A DNA stretch of 64,000 nt from Phaeosaccion multiseriatum (Eukaryota; Protista; Ochrophyta, other classes), in assembly GCA_965112735.1 (NCBI GenBank), contig OZ218959.1, positions 3,286,001 through 3,350,000 of the forward strand. The letters are read 5' to 3'. Within the stretch, counting starts at the first letter, position 1. The number at the start of each line of letters is the position of its first letter. A model generated the notes under the pieces. It searched no databases, was not told the DNA's origin, and worked only from the letters and a program-made list of their open reading frames with translations. A program made the translations under genes and the position numbers. Positions 38,270 through 64,000 of this stretch are shown one piece after another.

Positions 38270-41200
38270 ATGGACATATTCTCTCCTTCCCCTCTGGAGG
38301 GTGAAGAAACCCTGTTCTCCCTCAACAAGCAGAGCGTGCAGCCGAGCGACAGAGACGTCTTGAATAGAGGTCCACCCGTCCCCTCTCCTCGCCTTCTTGC
38401 TGAAGAAGCAAGCTCTGGCGGCGCCCCGGTGAGCGCACGCATTCCCATCTCTGATAGCAGGGGAGCATGCGTCTTTCCAATCGTCCTCTCTTCTGTTTTC
38501 CTCTTAACTTACAACTTGCATGCCCGCCCGCCCCTTCTCCTCCTTCCAGTCCCCTCTGGCCAGTTCCATTCCTCCGCGAAGACCGTCGCTCAGATCAGAG
38601 CCAAAGTTATTGCCTTCTGAGATCTGGACCAATGTGGTACCAGGCCTACAGTACGCGCTCGAGTTTGGGCCCACAGTCCTTCTGTCTGGAGTTCTTCATA
38701 TCAGCAACTACCGCATGGTTGTCACACGAACGCCCCCCTCTGGCAGTGGCGCCTGCCGCGTCGACAATTGGGAGAGGGGCCGGCCGTGGCCCAAGGGACT
38801 GAGCGAGGTGTCACTCCCCCTCGCCGCCATCAAGGTGAGGCAGATACCAAAAAAAATGTCCTCTCTGTATGAACATGCCTCTGAGATACAACACACATAC
38901 ACCACGCTGTCCCTCTTTCCCATTCCTCTATAAACAAACACGCCTCCTCCTGCTTCTCCTCTCCGGCTTGCCTGCCTGCCTGTCCTCGCTACTGTGCGTG
39001 CGTCTCCGCCGTCGTCCCTGTGGCGGGAGCGCAGTCCGTCGAGCAGCCTTCGTCGGCCCCTCTGACCCTGCTCGTGGTGGCAAAGGATCTTCGTGTCCTC
39101 CAGCTGCGCTTCGCCTTTCACAACGCTCTCTTTGTGGGGGCCCTTCGGCGCAGAATCGGGGAGCAGATGGCTCCTGGGCAAGGCAGGTTAAAGCACCTCT
39201 TCGCCTTCCAGCTCGGCCGACTCCGACTGCCTCCACCTCTCCCGGCTCGAAGACGGTCTGGCTCCAGCTGCAGTGGTGGCAGCGGCAGCAGCAGTAGCAA
39301 CATCGGAGAGTCGCCATCGGCTTCGGCGCATCAACGTACGGGGGGGTGGAGCTGTGACGTGAGGAAGGAGTACGAGCGGCTTGGGCTCCTCCCACGGTCT
39401 CCTCAATCGTCCGGAGTCATCTCACCGGGGTCAGTCTGCTCGACTTCCTCCACAGAAAGTGGCACAGGAAGTGGGGGCTGGCCCGACCCTTCTCCTTCTT
39501 CTTGTTGTTCCAAGTGGCGCCTCCTTGACAACTCGGCCTTTGAAATCTCCCCTACCTATCCGGCGCACTTCCTCGTCCCTGTACATATGAGTGATGAGGA
39601 CATCAACGTGGCGGCTGCACATCGGAGCAAGGTCAGCTTGGGGGGGGGGGGGGATAGTGGGAAGGGAGGGGGGCAGGGAGGGAGGGGAGGGAAAGAGGGA
39701 GGGAGGGAGTGAGGGAGGGAGGGAGGGAGGGAGAGCAGCACAGCTTGTTGGCTCATGTAGAGATGTGATTTCTCTCTACACTGAATGAATGCCTGCTTCA
39801 CCTCCCCCCCCCCTTCCCCTTTTTCCGCGCGCTCTGTCCTTGCTCACGCAGCGACGCCTTCCGGCAGTGGTGTGGAGAGATCCTGTCACCGGAGCCGTCC
39901 TCGCGCGCTGCAGTCAGCCGAATACAGGCATTGCGGCGAAGAGGTGCTATCAGAACGAGCGGCTTGTGCGATTCATTCGCAAGAGGGGAGGGGGAGAGGA
40001 GGGGAGGGGACGTGAGGAATCCATGGGGTACCCTATGGAAGAGAGTCTTTTGGCACCCGAGGTAGCGCCAGCAGACTCCACCGGGGCAGAGGGGGGGGAG
40101 GAGAGAAGAGCAGGAGGGAAGCGACGCAGTTTGGAGGATGAGTTGATAGAGCGGCAAGGAGAAGGAGGAGGGCAAGAGAAGTGGCGGCACCACCAACACT
40201 TCCTCTGCGTGCTCGATGCGAGAGGGAGCGCCGCGGCGTTGGCCAATCGCCTCAAGGGGAAGGGGGTGGAGGTGCTCACCGAGCCGAGAAAGATGGTGCT
40301 GGTGCTTGCAGGCCTCGCTAATATTCACACACAGCGCAACGCGTTCGAGAGCCTGAGGGAGATTATGTGCGGCGCCTCTCCGGCGGCGGGGGGCTCGTGG
40401 CAGTTTCATGCTCAACCGTCGGGGATTGTGGGGTCGCTTCTGTACGGCATGAAGAATCTGTTGGGGGGGGGCGGCAAGACGAAGGTGTTTGAGCTTGCAC
40501 AAGTGTTCCGTGGGGCAGATGCTCTGTGCTTTGTGGACGAACAGTCACGGAGGGAGTATCAGAGGCACAAGCAGCAGCAGCAGCAGCAGGGGGTGGTACA
40601 GCAGCAGCAAGGGGGGGAGGAGGAGGAGGAGGGAGCGAGCTATAGTGACAGTGATAGCGATACCCTTAGTGATGGTGGTGATGATGACGAGGGTGACGAT
40701 GATGGTGATGATGACGATGATGAAGGTTATGATGATGACGATGATGATGACGACAGCGGCTTCGGGGGACATAGCTCGTCGTTCGGAGACACCATTGGTG
40801 GCGTTGGAACGGGAGGAGGGGAGAAGGCAAAGTTGGGAGACGGGGCCGGCAAATGGCTCAGTAGAGTGGAGGAGTCCGGCTGGCTCCGGCACGTGTTTCA
40901 GATCCTTGCTGCGAGTGTGTACGGCGCAAGAGAACTTCGGCAACACGGGGGGGGGCTGGGGCGGAGCGTGCTTGTGCATTGCAGCGATGGGTGGGACAGG
41001 ACACCGCAGATCACGAGCACGATCAAGGTGTTGCTGGACCCTTACTTCCGAACCATGGAAGGGCTGGCGGTGCTGGTGACGATGGACTTCTTGCAGTTTG
41101 GGCACAAGTTTGGAGAGAGGTGCGGGCATGGCGGCGCGGGGGGAGGAGGAGGAGGAGGAGGAGGAGGAGGAGGAGGAGGAGGAGGAGGAAGAAGAGGAGG

Positions 41201-42085
41201 AGGGGGGGGGGGGGGCTCGGGACCGGTGGTTGGGGCCAGAGTGACAAAGATGAGCAGCGGTGTGAGCAAGAGGATAAGTAGGAGTAGGTCTTCGTCGCCG
41301 GCGCCGATGAGCTCGGAGGCAGGCGACGACCCACTCGGTGCGACTGTGACTGTGACCTCGCCGGGGTATACCAACGAGTGGTGCCCCATATTCCTGCAGT
41401 GGCTGGAGGTGGTGAGTCAGTTGGTGGATCAGTTCCCACAGGCCTTTGAGTATGGGCATTCCTTGCTCGTCTTTCTGGCGGAACATGTGTACAGCTGCCT
41501 CTTTGGTGAGTGAGTTGAGAGGGAAAGAGAGAGGGAGAGGGAGGGAGGGAGGGAGGGAGGGAGGGAGGGAGGGAGGGAGTGGGTGATTGAGTGCTCAAGT
41601 GGCTGAGCTCTGTGGGCCCGGACTTTGGTCCGCTTTGAAAACCCCCGCCTGTTCTCTCTTGGGGCAAAAGCTCCATTCACTCACTCAACCCCCCACAACC
41701 CACAACAACCCAACCCCACCCAGGTGACTTCCTGTGCAGCAGCGAGGCGGAGAGGGTCGCCAACAATGTCGCCCAGAGAACCACTTCTGTGTGGACCCTC
41801 GCCCTCTCCTCGAGAGGAAAGGCTCTGTTCAGCAACCCGTCCTACTCCCCTAACCGCTTCACTGCGCTATGGCCGTGCCTTGCACCACATGCGTGCCTGG
41901 GCAAGATTTGGTCGCGCTGCCACTCGCGCTGGAGCTTCTCTTCGTGGCCAGAGGGAGGAGGAGGAGGAGGAGGAGGAGGAGGAGGAGGAGGAGAAGGGGG
42001 AGGGGGGGTGGGGGGGGATTTTTGGGGAGATCCCACCGTCGAGCTCTTCTCGCACCTCGCTGCAGAGGGCCCAGCCTCAGCCTAA
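38270..42085 (+). CDS. Myotubularin-family phosphoinositide 3-phosphatase, catalytic motif intact
   Basis: PH-GRAM-like GVLHISNYRM; EYERLG; PTYPAHFLVP; RSK/RRLPAVVW..ARCSQP; LANIH; VLVHCSDGWDRTPQ near 40970-41010; LLDPYFRTMEG; FGHKF; PIFLQWLE; FPQAFEY; FG/DFLC. Confidence 0.95.
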
Positions 42086-42360
42086 GCTAAGCCCAAGATA
42101 TATGTGTATATATATATATATATCCCCTTGCCCCTGCCTCCACAAGGAGTCGTGCAACTATGTGATGACATACCCAGTAGCAAAGATGAGAGCAAGGCAT
42201 GCTGTGATAGTAAAGAGAGCGGTGAAAGTAAGGCCGGCAGCAGAGCAAGGCAGCAGAGCGCAACTTTTCACGTGTGCCTGGAGCTAACCATTATCATGGT
42301 ATGTACACGTGCAGCAACAGCACGGCGCAGAAACCAACGCATGCTACAGTTACATGGCAG

Positions 42361-42677
42361 TTACATGATGGAACACATCTTCCCCATCTTCCCCATCAAC
42401 CCCCCCCCCTCCTGGGCCTGCCCCGCTACCGGTCTCTCCACCTGGCTCCTCAGCGTGGCGGCAAGCTTGGAGTACAACGTGCCTACATAGTGGGAGGGGA
42501 GGGGAGGGGAGGGGGTGGCAGGCGCGGGGTGTCAGGACACAAACGAGGGGAAGGGGAGTGTCAGGGACAAAGAGAGGGGAAGGGTGTAACGACGAACAGA
42601 AGGAAAGGATGTCAAACAAGAAGAGTGCTTCTGTGACTGCCCCGCCCCCATCCCTCCCTGGATGCCACACACACACA

Positions 42678-42758
<81 letters not shown>

Positions 42759-42977
42759 AATGCTTGGGTTGATTCCTCTAAGTCACTTCGACGTTCCCTC
42801 CGTGGCTGCCTCGCCCCCCTCCCTCGTTGTGACCTGTGGTCACACCGCAGTGGACACACCGCCCAGGGCCGCTTACCAACAATGACAGGGCATCGCGGGT
42901 GATTGCAAATGCTCAGTATCTTTCCATGCACGGTTCGGAACGCCGCCTTTTGCGTTTGAGGAGGGGCGGGGGGGGGG

Positions 42978-43022
<45 letters not shown>

Positions 43023-46000
43023 GGGCAGGAGGCACACATGGGCAAAAGACGATGGAGAGGGGTGGCGGCTTCTTCAGTAATCGAGGGTTAGGCAGCTCTG
43101 TATACCTTAGTTCTTATCTCTGTGCCCGCACATAACTGTAATGTAACTGTAGTAAACTGTACCTAATCCTCTTACATGGAAGTGCTTTCGGCTCTTGGGG
43201 GCGTCGTCCAGAGAGTAGCACATTTTGAGGTGCTGTTGGGGAGGGAGGGGGGGGGGGTTGAAGAGGAGGACGAGGAGGAGGATTAGGAGAAGGAGGAGCA
43301 GGAGCAGGAGCAGGAGAAGCAGGAGCAGGAAGAGGAGGAGGAGGAGGAGGACGAGGAGGAGGAGGAGGAGGAGGAGGAGGAGGAGGAGGAGGAGGAGGAG
43401 GAGGAGGAGGAGGAGGAGGAGGAGGAGGAGGAGGAGGAGGAGGAGGAGGAGCAGGAGCAGGAGGAGGAGGAGGAGCAGGAGGAGGAGGAGCAGGAGGAGG
43501 AGGAGCAGGAGGAGAAGGAGGAGGACCAGGAGGACCAGGAGGAGGAGCAGGAGGAGGAGCAGGAGGAGGACAAGGAGAAAGAAGAACAAACAAGATACGA
43601 CCAAAGAAAGCTGTCACTCTCATCATCTTCCCTTTCTTCCCACAATCACGAAAATCTTAGGTCCAAACCTCTTCAAGCAATGAATCACCACCCACCTGCC
43701 AATACAACGCTGTGAAGATGAGGTTCCGCCTTGGGAGGATAAGCTCCACAACCAACATCACACCCTGCAGCACCTGCATGTGCGTGAGTGAGTGAGTGAG
43801 TGAGTGAGTGAGTGAGTGAGTGAGTGAGTGAGTGAGTGAGTGAGTGAGTGAGTGAGTAAGTGAGTGAGTGAGTGAGTGAGTGAGTGAGTGAGTGAGTGAG
43901 TGAGTGAGTGAGTGAGTGAGTGAGTAAGTGAGTGAGTGAGTGAGTGAGTGAGTGAGTGAGTGAGTGAGTGAGTGAGTGAGTGAGTGACTGAGTGAGTGAG
44001 TGAGTGAGTGAGTGAGTGAGTGAGGAAGCTAGTGAGTGAGTGAGTGAGTGAGTGAGTGAGTGAGTGAGTGAGTGAGTGAGTGAGTAAGTGAGTGAGTGAG
44101 TGAGTGAGTGAGTGAGTGAGTGAGTGAGTGAGTGAGTGAGTGAGTGAGTGAGTGAGTGAGTGAGTGAGTGAGTGAGTGAGTGAGTGAGTGAGTGAGTGAG
44201 TAAGTGAGGGTTAATGAATGAGTCAGTGAGTGAGTGAGTGAGTGAGTGAGTGAGTGAGTGAGTGAGTGAGTGAGTGAGTGAGTGAGTGAGTGAGTGAGTG
44301 AGTGAGTGAGTGAGTGAGTGAGTGAGTGAGTGAGTAAGTGAGGGTTAATGAATGAGTCAGTGAGTGAGTGAGTGAGTGAGTGAGTGAGTGAGTGAGTGAG
44401 TGAGTGAGTAAGTGAGTGAGTGAGTGAGTGAGTGAGTGAGTGAGTGAGTGAGTGAGTGAGTGAGTGAGTGAGTGAGTGAGTGAGTGAGTGAGTGAGTGAG
44501 TGGGTCATTGAGTGAGTGAGGAAGCTGGTGAGTGAGTGAGTGAGTGAGTGAGTGAGTGAGTGAGTGAGTGAGTGAGTGAGTGAGTGAATGAGTGAGTGAG
44601 TGAGTGAGTGAGTGAGTGAGTGAGTGAGTGAGTGAGTGAGTGAACACACACCTGCATGTAGGCGCACCAGCCCTCCGTGGCCCTCTGCAGCACTGCGAAG
44701 CGCGTGTTCACAGGCTTAGATGACCAACCCGTGAGGGCTGGACCCAACACTTTAGGGGCGTACTTCTCCGCCGCCGAGTTGAAGGCACGCACAGGCAGGG
44801 GCAGGCCACGGCTCCCCGCCGTCGCAGCAGAGAGGAACCACATTAGCATCACCAAGTGCCCAACAATGGTAGGTATGGCGGCGAGCAGGTACGGCCGCTG
44901 AGACAGGAGCAGCACCATTAGGAACACTTGGGGGGCATCACTCTCCTCCACGAGGTCCATCAGATACTGCGGGGGGTGAGAGAGGGAGGGAGGGAGGGGA
45001 GGAGGGGTGTGGGGGGGGGTGTCGATGTCAGTGTTGGGCGGTGCACGCCATTGCGAGTGCAAGAGCTCCTTCTCACCTCCTTGGTGAACTTGGGCCTCCC
45101 GCTCTTGCGGTAGATAGCGAGCAGGTGCACTGTGAGAGAGAGGAGGAGCATGTAGCGGTAGCTCATGATGGAGGCAGCTCCGAGAGGCAGAAGGAACAAC
45201 ACCTGCAGTTCATACAAGGCACAGTACACAGGTGAGCAGTTGGTGATACAAGTTAGGGATACAACAGCACCAGCAGAATGGGAGGATGGTGCAGCCACCT
45301 AACCACGCATGCACACACACGCGCGCGCGCACACGCACACGCACACATATCGTAAAAACACCCCCCCCCCCATGCACACACACTCTCTCTCCGGAGGTCC
45401 TCCCCTCGCAACTCACCCCGCAGGTGCAGAGCGCGAGTCTCAGCACATACTGCAGCGCCAGGGCCCTGTTCGTGAAGCAGTACGCCCCGAACATGCTGGG
45501 CCACCACGCTCCTCCTCCTGCTCCGGCTCCTCCGGCTCCCCCCCCTCCTCCTCCTCCTCCTGCTGCTGCTGCTGCTCCTCCTCCTCGAGCTGCTGCTGCA
45601 CCTCTCTGCGCCTCTCTCAACCCCTTCGTCAAGTTCTCGCTACCGGGGTCCAGCTCCAGGGCTTTCCAAATGTTGCAAAGGCGTAGCAAAGGCAGGGAAG
45701 GCGAACGGAAGGAGGACAAGATTCTGAGTGGCTTTGGGGGGGAGGTGTGCAGAGGGACAGGCCGTTACACAAAGCCTTGTTCAAGGGGTGCGCAAGTCGT
45801 ACCTTTGGCGAAGGCTTCCTCGGCCTTGGCGTACCGCTGCAGCGTCAAGAGGGCAGTCGCCTTTCTCGAGTGGGCCTTACAGACAGCAACACACAAGAAG
45901 GAAAAGGGAGGGGCATGGAGCGGGGAGACATCAGCTCTCTCGCTCACCACTACTCGCTCCCTCACTACTCGCACACTTCATTCGCTTGGTCACTCTATCT

Positions 46001-46689
46001 CACTGCCTCACTTTCTCCCTCCTTCCCTCCCTCCCATCTTCCCACACCCCCTTCCTCATTCACGCCCCACAAAAGCATCACAAGTGCTACAGAAACAGAC
46101 CTTGGGCCACGTAGGGTTCAGCTCCACGCAACGCTCTCCATCCAGGAGCGACGATCCGGGCTGGCTGAGCTGCAAGTACGCCGCAGAGCGGTTGCTGGGC
46201 AGAGGTAGAGGAGGGAACAAGCGGGACTGACTGTTAGCTACCCTGTGTTGGGACGGACCGTTCTCTGTGGCAGAGCCGCACCTGTAGAGGATGGCCAGCT
46301 GCTCTGGATTGACGCTGCTCTGTTCCGCCAGCTCAATTGCCTGAGAGAAGGGGGCAAGGTAGTGTGGGACAAGGTGGGACTAGTTTTCTTTCCCTCCCCG
46401 AGCTCTCTTTCCAAGCACTCACCCGCGAGAAGAGCTGCACCCCCTTTGGGAAATCCCCTGCCTTGTAAGCCTTTCCTGCATCGTCGCGAAAGTTCTGTTC
46501 GATAAGAGCCCAGTCGAGAGAGGGAGAGAGAGAGAAGGGGGAAGAGAATGGGGGCGGGAGAGTGGAGCGGAGTGAGACAATCAGCAGAAGCGGCTGGGGC
46601 ACGAAACTTTCAAAAAAAAACATGCTCCCTATCATGCATCGAGCCTACAGAAGCCCATATCAAGCACACCTCACCTCCCATTCCGCCAT
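42361..46689 (-). CDS. N-terminal TPR (Hop/Sti1-like) + TMEM33/Pom33-like membrane domain + C-terminal CaaX (CSIM)
   Basis: MAEWE/NFRDDAGKAYKAGDF..ILY/SNRSAAY..CVELNPTWPK/AHSRKATAL..ALELDPGS (3 TPRs); Gly/Ala linker; hydrophobic helices; ..RNLIFTALYWQ..HLKMCY..AAFRTVHGKI..HPRCP.. ending MGKMCSIM-TAA. TPR assignment is strong; TMEM33 is moderate. Confidence 0.78.
43262..43572. repeat. (GGA)n intronic trinucleotide tract
   Basis: Directly visible. Confidence 0.95.
43785..44643. repeat. (GAGT)n filling almost a whole intron; sense (ACTC)n
   Basis: Directly visible; includes a duplicated interruption TAAGTGAGGGTTAATGAATGAGTC. Confidence 0.95.
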
Positions 46690-46832
46690 GTTCGCTTTGT
46701 TTTCGGGTTTGTCCATGCATTTGGCACTCCACCAGCCAGCATGTTCACAAATGGCTAAGGCAAGTGGTTCTTCGAGTGTGATACCTACGCGGAAGTACTT
46801 TAAACCCATCAAAGCATCGCTGCCAGCTTCTG
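46690..46832. promoter_or_regulatory. Putative bidirectional promoter TPR-TMEM33/NBS1
   Basis: 143 bp between divergent ATGs. Confidence 0.55.
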
Positions 46833-47706
46833 ATGTGGCTTCTACAGCAATTGGATGAGAAAGATGAGGTCGAGAAGGAATTCCGCGTCACGCAGGGGCA
46901 GACCTACACGGTGGGCAGGGCTCAATCAGCGGACATCGACCTCGACGTAAAGTCAGTGTTGTCACTCCCTTCTTTTAGGACGCGGCTCCAAACCTGTTAC
47001 TCGTTTCCGGATCGCACTTGTACTTCTGTAGCCTCCTCCCTGCGTCCAGGTCGTATCCCCGCCGCCTTGGGCCTCAACTTGATCACTCACTGTCTTTCCC
47101 CCCAACACACCCCTTCCCCCCCGTCGACGAGAGCAGGGCAGTGTCGCGTGTCCACGCCACAGTGACGGTAGACGAGAACGAGCGCCTCCTACTTGTAGAC
47201 AAGGAGAGCACTTTCCACACGTTTGTGATGGCGCCTGGCGACCAGCCACCGCCCGAGGTGACGGCGGAGTCGCAATCTGACCTATTGAAGGGGCGCAAGC
47301 TTGTCGCCGGGGTGGAGGAGGCCATCAAAGACGGGTCAGTATTGACTCTGTCCATGTGTAAGGTGAGTAGGGTATCTCCTTTGCATGGGGAAGAGCACAG
47401 AGGCGCCTTGCTTTGAAGTCGTGGCAGTCGACTGCGTTGGTCCCGTAGTGATTGTTGACACAACTCTCTCTCACACACACAAGCACGCTCTCTCCTCCCT
47501 CTGAACGTAGATCAAGGTATCCAAGGTAGCTATTGTGCTAGTGCTGAGCAACATCTCTGGAGACGACAGGGCCGAGGTGACTGGCCTGGCCCAGATGATG
47601 GGCGCCACCATCGCTAAGAAGGTGAGTGAGGCGTGCGGGCTCCTTGTGCCTTGCCCTTTGCCCTTTGTCCTTTGTCGATGCTCTGGCTCAGACTCTGCGC
47701 CGCCTG

Positions 47707-47773
<67 letters not shown>

Positions 47774-48520
47774 ATCACCAACTGCTGCTGCTGCTTCCTA
47801 CTCCCTGCGCACGGGTGCTTATGCGTGGCTCCGTCCTCCAAACAGGCCACGCATAAGATTACGCACGTGATCACAGGCTCACCCTTTAAGGTCACAGCCA
47901 AAAACGTCATCGCCTTGACGCTGGGCAAGCACCTCGTGACCGTGGGCTGGCTAAGGGCGTGTGTGGGGGGGAGCAGAAAGGCGAAAGATCCCCTCCCTGA
48001 CCCGCTCCTCTTCCTGCCTGAGGAGGACAGGAAACAGGACAGGGTAAGCATGAAGCGAAGGGGAGTAAAGGGAGCGAAAGGGGGGGAGGGAAGTGACGGG
48101 AAGGGAAGGGTAAAAGTAAGGAATCCATAAGATGGAAGTTCAATTCGCAATTTGTTGTAACCTCGCAATACCTCGGACGTATGTACCCACCCACCCCCCC
48201 CCCAGGGCTACAGCACTAGGGCCCAGATGCTACCCAACTCTAAGCGCTCTTCCCACTTGAGCTCTGTGGACGTGGTCCTGCTCGCCAAGGACCAGGAGTC
48301 AGCAGCCATGGCCAGGGCGGGGGGAGCCAACCTCATCGATGCCAGCAGGATGGAGGACCAGGAGTTCAACGCCTACGAGTGGAAGCCAGACAACGACAGG
48401 TGGATGGGTGGGGGTGGAGGGTGCATGTTGGTGTGGGTGTGGGTGTGTGCGCGCTGCGCTGCTGGGTACCTCTTTCAGAGGAAGAGAGGAATGGGGACAG
48501 AGAGACAAGGGAGAGAAAGG

Positions 48521-48551
<31 letters not shown>

Positions 48552-50225
48552 TTGACTTGAGCTTGACCAGCAACGTGAACGTGTAGCGTCCTGTACTGTA
48601 CCGCATGTGATGTGACACTCCTCCCGAACACCCTCTTATCTATCTCTCTCTAAGTCTATCTCCATCTCTGTCTCTCTAAGTCTACCTCTCTCTCTCTCTC
48701 CCTCCCTCAAGGCTACGAGTGGTGCTGGAGCCCCCGCCCAACGTGCTGCAGGACAAGTCATGTGTGGCTGTAGGGCGCTGGGCCGAGCTGCAGCAGGCAG
48801 GGATGATACCCGTCACCAAGCCGAGGCTTGCGAAGAATCTGCTCTCCCTCTTGGTGCGTTGGTGGTTAAGGGCTGCTATCTCTTTCTCTCCTCTATCTGT
48901 CTTTTGATGACATACACGTGCCGTTGGCTTGTCCTCTCCTCTCCCCTTCTCTCCCCTCCTCTCCTCCCCTCTTGTTGCTTACTCTCCTTCTGGCGTGCAG
49001 CCCCTCAACGCGGCAAGCACGGCGAGCCAAGCCGCGGACAACGCGTCATTCTTCCACACGCAGCAGCACACGCAGCAGCACACACAGCAGCACATTGCAC
49101 AGCACATGGACCATTCGCATGGCTACCCGCCTCCGATGCAGCATCGGCAGCAGCAGCAGCAGGAGGAGGAGGAGGAGCCAGCCCAAACGATGGCAGTGGA
49201 AGACCCTGCCCTTCCAGGGCACGATGGATCAGACGGCCGACCACGGCAGGAGGAGCGAGGCGGAGGTGCTGGAAGGACGAGACGGGAGGAGCAGCCAGGA
49301 AAGGAAGGGGCGGCAAAGGAAGGGGGGGCAAAGGAAGGGAAGGAAGGGAAGGAAGGGGAGAAGGCGCCCTCCCCTGTGATCGAGAAGGAGCCAAAGCCAA
49401 CGCCAAAGACATTGCAGAGCGCGGCGGACTTGGCCGCTCCTGTCAAGAGGAAGGAATTGGAGGGGGGAGAGGAGGGGAGAGCCAGGGGCAAGAAGCGCAA
49501 ACTTAACAAAGAAGACCAACAGCAGCAACAACAAGTGGAGACGAAACAAGAAGAACAACAACAGCAACCGCAAATGGACACGGGGGAGAACGTGCTGCCC
49601 AGTCGAGGGAGTCGAAAGAGGAAACACGATGATAAAGGAGACACGAAACCGGCGCAGGAGGAGGACAGAGGCGGCACCAGCCCTGTCCCTGCCCCACAAG
49701 AAGCGGACGTGAAGGGGGAAGAGGAAGGGGGAGAGGACAGCAGAGGTCGGGGAGGGGGGGGCACCGGGAAAGGGGGGGAGGGGGGAGAGGAGGAGGTGAC
49801 GCCGGCGCGGGCGGGGGGGTCGTCACAGCGCCAAGCACCAAAGGCAAAAAAGAGGAAGACGGACAAGCAGAAGGTAGACCGCATCAGCACCAACATGTGT
49901 GGGGTGGGCCTCATAGGAAATATATCATCTGACGACGACGAAGAGCAGAAGGAATCGAAGGCGAAGCTCCGGCGGGGAGAGGATGTGCGGCGAAAGCAGA
50001 TGCTCGAGAGGCGTCAGATGGAGGAGGGGAGCGAGAGCGAGAGCGAGGAGGAGGAGGAGGAAGAAGGAGAGGAAAGGGACGTGGAAGATCTGGAGCCGAA
50101 GAAGAAGAGAAAGAAGACGAAAGCAGCACGAGTGGGAGGGAGGGGGGGGAATGATGGACGGACAGTGACCGTAGAGGCTGATCTCATCATTGTGCGCGAC
50201 CCGCCTCCGCCAACAGAGAGTGGCC

Positions 50226-50262
<37 letters not shown>

Positions 50263-50861
50263 TGTGAGACTTGAGACTCCCTGTTGGGTCGGTTTGTCCC
50301 TGTCCCTTGTCCTTGCTGCCCCTAATGTCTTTCTTTGATGCCCTTTGGCCCCCTGTTGTCTCCCTGTGTTTGGCTCCCTTCTTGCGTTGCCTTGCCTTAC
50401 TTGACTTCCCTTGTTTGCTCTCTTTGGGTGGAGAAGGTGCCCAACTTCAAGACGTTCAAGAAGCAGAAGTTCCACAATGTGGACCCCTCGGATGAGGCCT
50501 TCTTCGGCCCTGAGCGCTTCCGCAAGAGCATACCCCAGGTCAGTCAGTCAGTCAGTCAGTCAGTCAGTCAGTCAGTCAGTCAGTCAGTCAGTGAGGTGGT
50601 AGGATCAAATAACCTTGAACCGAAACTCCACATCACGCACGCACACACACACAGACGTCGGAGAGAGACCGGCTGCTGGAAAGTGACGCTCTGGAGCTGG
50701 AGAGGGAGTACAAGCGGGGGGAGGACCTCTGGAGCGACGACACGGCGCCCACCAAGAGATCAAGCACCACCGCGGGCAACTTGTTCACAGCACTGTCCCG
50801 AGGGGGCGCAACGAGGGGGGGCAGGGGGAGGGGGAGGGGAAGGGGGAGGGGAAGGGGCTAG
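46833..50861 (+). CDS. NBN: Nibrin/NBS1 (FHA-BRCT..Mre11-binding motif)
   Basis: MWLL..YTVGR..D/SRAVSRVHA..DKESTFHTFV (FHA); ITHVI..VTAKNVIALTLGKHLVTVGWL (BRCT); C-terminal VPNFKTFKKQ (NFKxFxK); acidic-aromatic EDLW; stop TAG at 50859-50861. Confidence 0.88.
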
Positions 50862-51401
50862 CGGGTATGGCTGCTAAAGTAGGGGGGAGGATGGAGAGTC
50901 TTACGTAGGGCGGCTGTGTGCAGATTCATTCGCTTCCCCACATCACATCACACAGCACATTACAGCATGTCAATACGTCAGCAGTAGCACCAGCTGCGGT
51001 TGTAGCAGCAGAGCGGTTGTAGCAGCAGAGCAGTAGTAGCAGTAGTAGTAGGAAATATTCTAGTATAGTAGCAGCTATGGTTCTAGTATAGTAGCAGCTA
51101 TCTGTATGGAAATTTATCCTCAACACTTTGGGGAATGGTTTGGTGTGGCATATAGTCAGTCGTGCTTCAAGAGGACACACTCTGGTCACCACAAGAGTGC
51201 ACTGTGGTCATAAACAGACAAACGCACATGAGACAAAGAGGTACATCCTCTTCCTCTCTCATCTCTCTCAGCTCTGGACGCACTCGCGCTTAACGTCTGT
51301 TTCGTTTTTTTGTCGTTGAGTGACGTTTACAATGCGACCAAAGACAGGCACTCCCTCTCGGGCTGCCTCCTCAACCCCCTCGCACACGGTCGCTGGCATC
51401 A

Positions 51402-64000
<12,599 letters not shown>

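Overview
Eukaryotic nuclear DNA: GC-rich, intron-rich and microsatellite-dense. It is probably a stramenopile or similar protist, but that is an inference from gene content only. Most long ORFs in the supplied track are artefacts of intronic simple repeats. Splicing GT-AG exons by hand gives, in order: GTF2H3/Tfb4 (-), MMTAG2/C1orf35-like (+), NOM1/Sgd1 (-), a large divergent copine-like C2/vWA gene (+), an accessory island at about 27.6-34.5 kb, an intronless ankyrin+BTB-like gene (-), an active-site-intact myotubularin (+), a TPR + TMEM33/Pom33-like + CaaX gene (-), NBS1 (+), and the 3' part of a DEK1-type multi-transmembrane calpain (-). Eight of these genes form four tight head-to-head pairs. 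The island is a tandem duplication carrying two diverged, apparently RING-less CNOT4/Not4-type RRM+CCCH genes, a MITE with an 8-bp TSD, a non-LTR (RLE) retroelement remnant and a 250-bp foldback. Most notable observations: (1) an intronic motif, CTGTATCACCAACTGCTG, always in pre-mRNA sense in 7 introns of 5 genes; (2) intron repeats seeded from splice signals; (3) the RING-less Not4-like duplicates; (4) Cys>Gly and His>Ala in the calpain catalytic triad. Exon coordinates were read by eye and may be off by a few bases. All family assignments come from recalled motifs, not database searches.
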